Positions 36,701-47,567 of a stretch of DNA of 64,000 bases are shown here, one piece after another. This DNA comes from Vermamoeba vermiformis. Taxonomy: Eukaryota. Position numbers and translations under genes: made by a program. The first letter of the stretch is position 1, and each line of letters opens with the position of its first letter. Where the stretch lies: positions 434,001 to 498,000 of the forward strand of contig JBEWZL010000152.1 of the NCBI GenBank assembly GCA_045837725.1. The letters run 5' to 3'. The notes below the pieces were generated by a model that worked only from the letters and a program-made list of their open reading frames with translations, did no database searches and was not told the origin of the DNA.

Positions 36701-39341
36701 CAGTCTTTTGTTTCTTGGCTGTCATGCCTATCAGTCGATACACTAATGATAGTGGGTCATACCTTTGACGTCAACATGCTCATCATTCGATGCACGGCTG
36801 CGAGCTGTAGCCTTCCATCGTTCAAGCGACACTTCAACTTCACCGCGTTTGAGGGCAATCAGTGCTCCTTTAAACAACGGTATGGCCTGTGCGTCTAAGG
36901 ACGGAAGATTAAAACACAGACACAGTGACGGCTACTGACCTTTCTCAGCAACAATCATCGATCCAACTGGCTTGTCACACGAGGCGCAGATCAATTTGAA
37001 AGGTTTCATCGCTTTTTCTTTCTCGTCTGTCACTTCCCTGGTGCGCAGTGACTTCTCAGGGCCGATGATGCTGTCGCGGTGTTGTTCTCTGAAAACCAAC
37101 GAATGAGTTCGCAGTAAATAGAGATTCAACACGTACCCAATCGTAATGTGAGGATTAACAAAGGCAAGTTGAGTGACTGGACAAATGATTGCGGCACACG
37201 ATTTGCAGTGCACGGTCACATCGTCCACAGACAGTTCTGAGACTGGACTGCCATCAGCTCGGCGTTTAGTGCCTGAAGGTGACACGTTGACAGGAGTTGT
37301 GGGCACCACTTCCATGGAGACTGGTAGTGACACAGCTACGGGCATTGGTCTCTCCACGGGCACGGTGGATTTGACGACAGTGTTGTCTTCAGTGGGAGCG
37401 ATCGATTGCGTGAGTGGAACATTGTGTGCCTGAAAAACAGTCTCAATCGACTTGCACAGAGCCGCACCGAACAACATCTTTTCAGCGATAAATGCATTGA
37501 CCTCAGCAACAATGTTCGTGGTGAGGGCCATGTGTTGCTGTTCAATCAGCTTCAGACTCAAGTCCAGCGCTGCTAACTTCTCCGCGGCCTTTTTGGTGTA
37601 CTGAAACAGCTCGCTGCTGCCAGTCATGGCGGTGCCATCGCCCATGACAAACATTCCCTGGGCCATGAACATCTGTCTGCCGGCCTTGTCTTGCTGCTGT
37701 CTGAATGTGAACAGCGGGGCATTGGTCTTGCTGACGTCGCGCGTGTATTCAGCCACGACTGCTTTGATCGTGCTGGCCTTGCTCTCGTACACATTGGCTT
37801 TGCGCTCAACCACTCGCTGCACCTTGGCGCGCAACTCATCGTCCGGCGAGTAGATGCTGTGCATGTTGCGCATCAAGTAATACTAAGTGGTTCGTTAGTG
37901 GGACCGCATTGATTAGTGGTTAAGTACCTCGTGTTTGGCGGCAAGGAAGCTGCGGTAGAAAGAGCTCGCGTACTTGTCAATGACCGGTGCACCAGAGCGC
38001 AGTGTCTCAATCAATTTGTCCTTGCTGTTGATGCGCTCCCAGCTGCATGACAACGTGGATCAGCACCGCTTTTCGAGCAATGCCTCTGTGTGTTGTTAGT
38101 ACCGTTCAATAATTAAGTACTTGACGTACTCGGGCAAGATGTTCTCGTTCTTGGCTGCCATTTCGCGACACTCAAGTAACTTGCGCAGAATCATGTGCTG
38201 AGAGGTACTCGCATCAGTACTGCCTTATTAATAAGACCGTTCACTACTGACCTGCATCTCAGTGGGCTCAGTGGCTGGATAGAGGTCTTTGAGCTCGTTC
38301 AAACACTTTTTCAGCCAACGAGCTACGCGGTCCTTGACAGTGATGGGCTTGTAGAGTTTGAGCGCGAGTTTGTTGGACTCTGCGTGCACGGCGCTGATGA
38401 CGTGTGCAGTGTGATTGGCGGGCTGAACGAGCTCGTGCAACATCTTGTCGTAGAGTGGCAGCAGATAGTGCGTGTTCATACGTGCATAGTCTGTCATGCC
38501 TGGGGGCCACGCTTCAAAGGGTCTAATGCAGCAGTGAGTACTCGGCAGCACATTGATTGGCTAGCACGTACCTCAAGCGCCAATCAGCGAGTTGATGTGT
38601 CGCATCCATGGTGACGTTCAACTGCGTCAGAAGAGTGTGGCTCAAGTTGGCCTTATTGCCCCCTAATATTGATGTAATGAGAGCTAGTATACAAGAATTT
38701 AAGTACCTTGTACCACGTCTATCAGCTGCAGATCAAAGCAGTTGACTACGAAGAGGTTGAAGTCGCGTTGAAGCCAGCCAATATCGCCATGACACCTAAG
38801 CGAATTATTATGACCAAATTAGAGCGAGTTCGTGGCGAGCTAAGCTTACCCAAAGAAGATCTGGTTTGAGACTAAAATTAGAAATGTCTTAATCCATGAA
38901 ATTAAATCATACCTTGATGATCTTATTGTCAGAAAATATGACAGATAAATATTTGTGCAGGAGAGGCTTCAAGGCGATGGCGTCTACCAGATAATCAGCT
39001 TGACGCGTCGAGATCTGCATTAGGCAGATAAAGCCAATGTAGGAGAATTGACTTGATTCCTACAGAAATAAATTACTAAATTATTATCTTAAATTTTGCG
39101 CCTTATTTTGTACCTCCAAGTCAATGGCGATTTCGCTGTACTGACTCAGATCCGCTGCCATTCTCTGCAGCTCTTCCTCGTTATTAATAAAATAAAAAGG
39201 AACGCTACTTAATTCTTTTAGCGGCTCAAGCGTTGCTGGTGGCTTTGGCAACGCCATGTCCAACGGCGCAGCCTCGACGGATCCTGATAAACTGTCGGTT
39301 AAGTCTTCGAGAAAGCAATGGTTACCTTGAATTGTCTCCAT
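33730..39341 (-). CDS. Dicer-like protein: Rrp6-type exonuclease, HRDC, DUF283/dsRBD-like, RLR-CTD-like Zn domain, platform-PAZ, RNase IIIa, degenerate RNase IIIb, dsRBD
   Basis: Exon-by-exon reading gives EIAIDLE/GFICLMQIST/GDIGWLQRDF/HQLADWRLRP/YARMNTHYLL, LRKLLECREMAAKNEN, KKAAEKLAALDL, CKSC...CASC...IPLFK...RWK, QTPLSSF..YVDYFKQK..KQPLV..LVPELC, YQLLEHLGDAVL/ADLLEAFIGALYLD, YLKLKVLGYSLL/ADLYSAFIGARYVD and DPKNDL..GTGPTVKHAEKSAA. The junction at 38129-38007 is ambiguous. Confidence 0.8.
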
Positions 39342-39470
39342 CGTTAGAGCATTAATTTGGTTGAATACAAAGACATGAAAGCGAAGCAATATCCGATCAC
39401 GTGGTAGGAAATTTCAGGTCGAGCTCAAATCAAGGAGGTTAACCGGAAAGTTTATATATTACAGATGCCA

Positions 39471-42400
39471 TCAATTGGCAAATAGATCATCTAAATATTG
39501 ATCTACAAACGTCAAATTAAACCAATAATCGGTTGTCAGTTCAATTAACGTGTGCGTCGGCTTGACGTTGAATTTCAACAAAAGATGATATTTTGGCGGC
39601 AAAAATATGAAGCCTAACACTTGCGTGGGGACTGCTAACTCTGTCAATGGGGCATTGGGGTCGATCAAATAGGGCTTGAATTTGCTGGCTAGTCTTGCTA
39701 GCACGTGCTCGTGGTTCTTGTTGATGTGTTTCACTGAAATTGCACCGCGAGCACTATCGATTAACGTTATTACTATATTTGGCTAAAGTTCCGCTACTTA
39801 CTCAGTGGACGTCTCGCGCTCATTCCAAAAGTGTTCAAAGAGCACCTGTCGCGCTGTACTTTGCGAGCAAGGCGCGCTGTCAGAGTCAACTGTCACGGGC
39901 AACAACAGATCAGTGAATGACACTGTCAACGCGTCAATGTTGTCCTCGCAGTTGATGCCTCCAGCAATGTTGAAGGTAATCTTAGTGTCAAATGCCGCGG
40001 GAATGGGCAATACAGGCCTGAGATTGACCATCACGCGGTACTTGTACGGGAACTGTTCTTGTTCTAGATCACGTGCCTCGCCCGATGCCAAAATAGGCAA
40101 GTGAAGTGGTTCAATCGAATGATACAACGGCGAGTCAGCAAATGTCATGGTGACACTGTAGATGGTGCGCGGTGTATCTTTGTCAAGTCGAGGTTTGTAT
40201 GTCACAATGAACGGCAGATCCACAGTCACGTGATTGGCTCGATGTGCGACCATTGATTTGTAGGCCCGAATAATGGTTGATTTTAAGTCTGCATTGACTG
40301 CACTGCTTTGAATCTGATCGCCAGTCACGTTGTCCAAGTACACCGTGCAGTTGTGATTGTGTTGCGGTGTTAGTCGATGCAACATGACAAAGTTCTTCGT
40401 GCTCAGTTCATTTGTCTCGCGCACACGATGGAGACTATCCACGCCTGCATACGGATCAATATATGTGTCATGATGCCGACTAGTATAACTTACCTGCTTC
40501 TTGCAAGTCATTAGCCGCACTCGTGGTCAACAAGCCCTTAATTTTGTCGTTGGACAAATGGATCAAGAGCTGGTCGTAGAAATGTGCCCGGTCGCGAATA
40601 TCTGACAAGATGTTAGGACAACCGTTACAACAATTATCATCGTACCTATATCCGAGTAAAAGACTGCCATGAACATCAGCAAGGCATGAAGTGGTTCAAA
40701 AATTGACACGTTGACATGTGTCACGAGCACAGCCTTGCATATTTCGAGCAGTGTGTTGCCAGTGGTCCAATCACCTGTTTTGAGTGTCGAAGTGTAGCGC
40801 AAGAACGAGTGCAATGTCTTCAACAAGTTCACGGGTGATATTTCAGTGTCCAAGCTGATTCGATGCACGAGGTCCAAGTAATTGCCAACACGCGCTACGG
40901 GCAGTGAAACAATCTCTCGTTCAAAGTATTGCAGCAACTTGTGGTGCAGAGGGGTGTGTTCTAATGATTGCAACAATTTAATCACGCGACCAACAAAACT
41001 CGGATTGCGTTCAATGGCTTGGGAGAGGTACCTATCAGACACATTAGCTCATCAATCACTCTTATCGATGCCCGTACTTATAACTCTGATCAAACAGTTC
41101 GTTGGGGAATGTAGCTAAGTAATCTCGCACCAGCCTGAACACTATCAGCACCAAGTAGTCGTCTTTCTTGTGGTAAATGAACTCTTGAAAGCACACGAAT
41201 AGATTCAGAATGTTTCTATGATGGGTTATTTAGCATTCGAATATGGATTAGAGAATACGTACTTGATGAGGTGCGTATTGGGGTCTTTTGGTTTGAAGCA
41301 ATGGCGCAATATTTCAATCTTGGCCTCGCGCACTTGCAACACATCGAATATGTTGGGCACGAAGGATTGGTGGTTGGGGAACAAGTAGTCGTGATGTGAC
41401 ACTTGCAGCACTGACTCGTAGGGGTAGTAGGTGAGCCATTCGAGGGCCAGTACTCGCTCAGCTGTAGCGCTGTCAGAGTGCGTTAGTCATATTACGGGAG
41501 TACTGGCACGTACTTTATAGTGTTGTTCACGTGGTGGATCAGACTGACGATGAACTGTTCAAATTGCGATTGAAATATGTCGTAGAACACCGCTGAATAG
41601 ATCAACATCATGTGTTTGAGCAGTGAATTGAATGACAGGCCTAGTCGCGACAATTGATGTCTAATGTCATCGTTAGTATAGTACTCACAGATGCATTGCT
41701 GACAGCTACGTACTTGAACAGATCACGTGACAGATCAGTCAGTTGAATGAGATAAATGATGGAATATGACAGCTCGATCATTGCCCACGGTGATAAAATA
41801 GTGCTGATTTCAACAAAGTATTGGATCGCTTTTTTGACCTCCTGTAATCGATAATAGTGTTAAATCATACAATCAATTCGAACAAAATTTTACGTACAGC
41901 GTGCAGTGGCTCCAACAACAACTGTTTTGGCTGACACGGCACTTCAATCACGTGCCGTTCAAAAGCTTGGTACTTGACAATCGCGGAGAGACTGAACGGA
42001 TTGAGTTCAGTGCGTGAAGTGAACAATGAGAACGATGCAAAGCTGTTCGCCGTCAAGCCGAGCAGTTGTGACAAGAACGTTGCGAGCTCGTTCACTGAAG
42101 CAGCTGAGCCCTTTGCAGAATTCACTGAAATCTCTTCCACGACCTGCACGCACGGTCAGCACGAGAATAGTGATTGAACCATTGAACACATCAGACCTGA
42201 ATCAGAGAGCGCAACACAGTGACAGCGAGCAAGTGATATGATTGGTGGATGTGAGAGCGCTCTTGTTGGGCCAGCACAAATAAATTGCCTATTTTGGCAA
42301 CGAGCAGTCCTGGGTACTGCTGCTCCAATTCTTTCAAACTCTCACAGGCCTGTCAGAACACAATTAGAAGTCAGTCGCAAGAGCTGATGTGCACGCACTG

Positions 42401-43016
42401 TCTGTCGCAGCAGCTTGTCAGTGGGCTCGTTGAGCTTGGAAATCACTTCGAACAGCACTTCCACGAAGGACTCGAAGGCACGGGGCTGTGATTTGATCGT
42501 GTCCAATGTGATCAGTATCGTCGTCAGTGTGATGACCACCTTCAACAAGAACATTTAATATTCACTCGGTACTATATCGCACTTGTGTTTGTATCATACT
42601 TGACTCTTCACGTGCTCGCTGATGGGGATTGGACTGTCATTCGGCAAATGAATTAAATTGTTCAATATTGTGCAAGTCTTTTCCATCCTGATTTACATCA
42701 AATAATGCATTAATATCAAAATTTAGTATGCTGATTTATCCCTGAATTTAGCTGATTTTATTGATTTTTCTATTTAATTTTCGGGATCTACCTACCGCTG
42801 CTTGTCGGAGAAAAACAACTCCACGTTGTCTTCCAAAAATATGAGAACTGTAATTTTAAGTTGCTCATCGCGCTCGTTACGCAATATTTTGAATATATAA
42901 TCGATGATCTGATCAACCGTGTTTCCAGCCAACAGATCTGTCTTTTCCTTCTCATTTTTAGCCTGCTTAAAGCGATGTACAAATATCGCCCACTCGGCAG
43001 GTATGCTCAAGTCCAT
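39471..43016 (-). CDS. AP5B1: AP-5 complex subunit beta-1
   Basis: VVITLTTILI...FESFVEVLFEVISKLN..DKLLRQTACESLKELEQQYPGLL near the N-terminus, DIRDRAHFY mid-gene, and C-terminal IFLPPKYHLLL...TDYW...VDQYL. Confidence 0.75.
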
Positions 43017-43114
43017 ACTGATGTGTTCCTCATGACGTCTATCACTGAGATTGACTGTTTTAAATTATGCTTGATTTTATTATATGTACATCTTCGCTTT
43101 AAGTTATAATACAA

Positions 43115-44751
43115 TTATTGCAATCCTGACTGCCTATTACCGGGTAGGTTGCTATTAAAGGGCTGATTTGGGTCTCCTCGGAAGTAGCGTTGGTGCAACA
43201 AGTGTGGATTTACTTGAAAACCATCCATCATACTTAAACTAGGGGATGGGGTATATCCGTAGCCACTGACTGCAGCTTGATAATTCGTCTGCGTGTAATA
43301 GCCAGCCTTTTCATTGGGTTCAGGGCCGTAAGCGTCGAAAGGTTCCATTTTTGCGCTCTGCTGATAGACATTCGCCACTTGCGGAGTGTAACCAGCCATG
43401 TAGTAGCCTGGAGCAGGGGCCGTGTAGTTGGCCTCTATCTTGCCTGGTCCACTTTCATAAGTGACGGATGTCATGTTGGTGGTTTGTTTAATGACCGCCT
43501 GATGAACATGTGACTGCGCGACAGTGTGTTGAATGGCCTGTGCAGCGCGCACTGTGCTGTGTGCCACTGGATGTGAGTCAGGTACCGAGCTTGGGCTATC
43601 GGCAGACTTGCTTGGTACCTCTGCTGACCCAGATGCGCCATTCTGCAGCCATTCAGACAGCTTGGTCTCGAGGTCCTTCCAGCCGTTAGACCGCGACTTA
43701 TTGTTGAAGTAGGAGCTGATCGTACTGGGGCTAGCAGAAAAGAGCGTTAGTTTCCACTGTGAATTTCGAAAGATTCTAATTTCAAACTTTAATCTATTGA
43801 AAGTGAGATCGAATGTACCTGACTTCGAGTATATCTGCGAGGTCTTTTTGATGTAATTGCTGAGTAACGAGAGCATCTTTAATTCTCTTTATCAACTGCG
43901 GATCGGGTGTCTCGCAGATGTCTGCGCGCTTCTTCTTTCTGATCGGTGCAGCTTGTACGTGGAGTGGAGGTGCGCTCGGACTCAATGACGATATTATTTG
44001 ATTCATCATCTCAACGCTAATGGCTGCTTTCTTTTCTTTGGTGTTCATCGGGAGTTTTGTAGTGGTTGAAGGTTGATTGGCCAGTTTGGGCCTTTTCTTC
44101 TCGCGCTCTAGTGATGATTCTTCGTCATATTCTTCTTTTTTGCGCTTGTTGCTTGCAGGGATCATATTCTGAGATAAAGAAGAAGTGTTACGCTACATCC
44201 AGCTCAAATCGTGACAGACCTCACGTACCTCGTCAAGACAATAGGCGCAAGCGAATAGGTTGTCATCGCCGCCATTAGAGTAACGCGCAGATGGCGTGTG
44301 CAAATGGATCCTGGTTGGGATAATTAATCGAAATCTCGCATAAATGTCTATTTTAAAGTCTCTTTCCGCCTCATGACAACGATCAATCAAATTAATAACT
44401 GCGGGAACTATACGATCGAATGAATTGTTCGCTTACGCGCAGTATATCGATCCGCAAGAAAAGCACCGCTTTTGAGGTTCTTGAGGCACCGTGTTTTGAG
44501 CCGCGCAGATCCGACAGCAAGATGGCCAGTGTTGAGGACAAAACCTGGGATCAAAATTAGTAAATATTGTCAAATTTCTAATTTGTTCAGTGTAAGATTT
44601 TTTTATCGTGCACTTACCAACGATTAGGAATGAACGGTACGAAATTCCAGCCCAAGCATTGGATGTGGTACACGGCATTGCATGCTGCGCACCCTAACAT
44701 TGATACTCCAATTTTTCCAGCATTGTGGCAACGCGTACATCTATAATCCAT
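43115..44751 (-). CDS. PHD zinc finger / Cro-lambda-like HTH protein, paralogue 2 (most divergent)
   Basis: MDYRCTRCHNAGKIGVSMLGCAACNAVYHIQCLGWNFVPFIPNRW|FCPQHWPSCCRIC...CFSCGSIYC|IH...FACAYC, then PDPQLIKRIKDALVTQQLHQKDLADILEVS|PSTISSYFNNKSRSNGWKDLETKLSEWL. Confidence 0.7.
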
Positions 44752-45154
44752 AATTTTTCTTGCTAATAGATCGGATCAAAGTGCATTATCGCGGATAAGC
44801 GTTAGCCAGTAGATGTGAGCGTAACGCCTCTGTAACGGTAAATTAAGATGTGTGGGTGTCACTAACGGGCTGGGCCAAACAATAATTTGGTGAGCCAATC
44901 TCGAGAATAAATTCGTTCGAAACTGCCCAAAACGATTCACAATCCTCTAAATTCAAGGGGAATTTCCTGCAGTTCTTCAATATATATTTTTGGAAAGAAC
45001 TCTAGATTAAATATTATCACACTTCAATGGGCCCATTGAGGTGGGTATTAGGTACCGTCTGGAAAAAGTGACTTTTAGCGTTCATAAGATCCAAATTAGA
45101 TTATCGTATTTTATTTACATGTTGGGTTATTATATTATACAAGGTGTTGAGTAC

Positions 45155-46886
45155 TTAGTTGGGGAAGACCAACGTCGGTACTGAATTGTTGTAGCTTCCT
45201 AGTTTAAATAAATCGCGGTCGGGAGCGCAATCCAAAGCCGAAAACGGTTCAAAGTCGAAATTAGATTGATAATTAGTTGTGTTGGTGTGTCCTCGTGGCA
45301 CGTAGTATTTGTTGATTAATTGAGGTTGATGGCTTGAATAAGAAGTTGACATCAGGGGTTGTAGCTGCGTAAATTTCTCTTCGTACTGATGCATCATATT
45401 GTTCTCTTCGTAAACAGGCTGCGCGTTGTATTGCATAAAGTACTCGTCGCCGAATTGTGAAGACAAAGGACGCACTGAGACGACTTCTTTTTGTTTGTGC
45501 AAGTACTCGCCGTTAGTTGTAGCGTGATAGTGTTCAGCTTGTTGCTTGAGTTCGTTCAATTCTTCAGCAAAATTGTCAAACTCGCGCGCCGGCGCTGAGG
45601 ATTGATTGGCGACAGAAGTGGAGCTGTGGTAGACCACATCGACAAGAGTTTCTTCTTTCTTGATGTGTTGGATGGGGGCTGAAGAGTGCGAGTGCGGCTG
45701 TTGTTTGCAGCACACTTCAGGAGCAGCGACTGCACCGTGATGAGCCTTGAACGCATCGAGCCAAGCTTTGAGTTTGAGTTCGAGTGAGGCCCAACCGTTG
45801 CTGCGAGTGCCACCATTCATGTACTGCGAGAGAATTCCTTGACTGACATCGATGTCTTGTGCCAAATCTTTTTGAAGTTTGTTGACCACTTTGAGCGCCT
45901 CGCGGACTTGTTCGACGAGCTGGTCGTTGGGACAAGTTCTGACGTATTGCAAGATTCTGGTTTCTTTGTCGGCAGCAATGATCTTTCTTCGTTTGCGAGG
46001 AGGTTCTTGGCAAGAGTCGTCATCTTCAGCGCTCGAGTGTTCAACTTGTGCTTCTTGCGCGATTTCTTGTTCAACCTCGGAGGGATCACGGCAGATCTTG
46101 CAAACAATAAACACAAAGCTAGTTGGAAGGTAGCCAATGGCCTCGTAAGGGTTGCCCTTCAAGATAGCACTGTGTGTTGGTACGTGGGCACTAAATTGAC
46201 ACAAGTTTAGCGAATATTCGTCCGGACAACACAAACACAGAAAAAATATTCCGAGACTTCCAGAAATAGGCCACTGGATCGTGTTAAAACTTGAACTTAC
46301 AAGCAATAAGCGCCCGGGCAGTGTACGCAACGGTAGATTTTGCCTCTGCTTTTTGACGTAGCAGCTCCGCAGACCTGACACTTGTGTGACGGGCAACCCC
46401 TAAGCCCAGATTAGAAAATGAATAAAGATATCAATCGATTGACGAAACTACGACGGAATGTTCTCCGCAGTGGTTAGGAAATTCAGTTTTTAGAAGGCTG
46501 TTTTCAAAAAGATTCTAGCCGGAATTTGGGTCATTTTGATCACATCCGCGTGCAAGGAGAAATACCACTTGAATTTGTAAAGCGAGGAATGTACGCGCGA
46601 GCTTACCATCGAGGCTTGGACAACTTGGTACCAGGTGGTAAGCAGTCGGGGTGGTACGCCTTTGGACAGAAGCTGCAGTAAATGAGACCGCGGTCGTCTT
46701 TACCGCAAGTGAAGCAATTTAGCTCGTGCTGCACGAAATGAATATTAGTACTTGTAATTTAGGCATTAGAAGAAGCGAACTATCTGCGAGACAAGTATAA
46801 AAGTGTTGAGATCAGATTTGAAGTGTCGAACGTTCGCGTAGCAAACAGTTCTCAGACTCGACGAGCATACAACTTACTTGCATCAT
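45155..46886 (-). CDS. PHD + C5HCH-like zinc finger / Cro-lambda-like HTH protein, paralogue 3
   Basis: MMQ|HELNCFTCGKDDRGLIYCSFCPKAYHPDCLPPGTKLSKPRW|GCPSHKCQVCGAATSKSRGKIYRCVHCPGAYC|AHVP...FVFIVCKIC, then PNDQLVEQVREALKVVNKLQKDLAQDIDVSQGILSQYMNGGTRSNGWASLELKLKAWL. Confidence 0.75.
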
Positions 46887-47567
46887 TGAATAATAATGGT
46901 AGCTGAAATATGTAGGTTGTTAACTGTGGTGTTTGCCACTGATCTAAAATGCCAACTAGTTGACTGGGACCATAACACAGAATAAATAGTTTCTTGTCAT
47001 GTGTTAGTTGGCAACAAAAATTATGTAGAGCCAAAGTGCTACTCGAAAACTCGCCTAAAAACCAAAAAAATTGGAAATCATCGCGGAAATCTCGCAAAGT
47101 GGGTCCTATCGTAACATGAAGCACGCTTTTTTTCTCTTTGCTCGTTGTTTTTCGTATCAATATTTAGCTCGTGCGAATTTTGACGGAATACTCGCTAAGT
47201 TGGCAAACCAATTCCCGTTTTTATTTAAAGTCGCTGTTTTCTGTGGATCCATGTCAATAAACTGAATAACCGAGTTCCCGGAGGCGCGCGATATATGGGC
47301 ACGGTACGCAGCTCTCGATTAGATTTGCAAACTGCGAGGTACGGCCGTTCTCGAAAACTTAATTTTCTGTGTAGACAGCGGTTTTCTTTATGACATTGTA
47401 TTTCTCTGGTTATGACTAATATTAACAGAGGTATTTATTCGGGTTATATTTACAACTTGGCGCGTTAGAGTGCCAAGCTTTGAATTCAAAATTGATTTAC
47501 ACAATAAATTGGCATTTAGGCGCAACAAATCGCCGGTTGACACGCGTGAAAAAGTCCGATATCGGAA

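Noticed and set aside
39471-39734. ORF as an additional 5' exon of the Dicer-like gene
   Set aside because: It ends in a stop codon and carries the AP5B1 C-terminal motif IFLPPKYHLL...TDYW.
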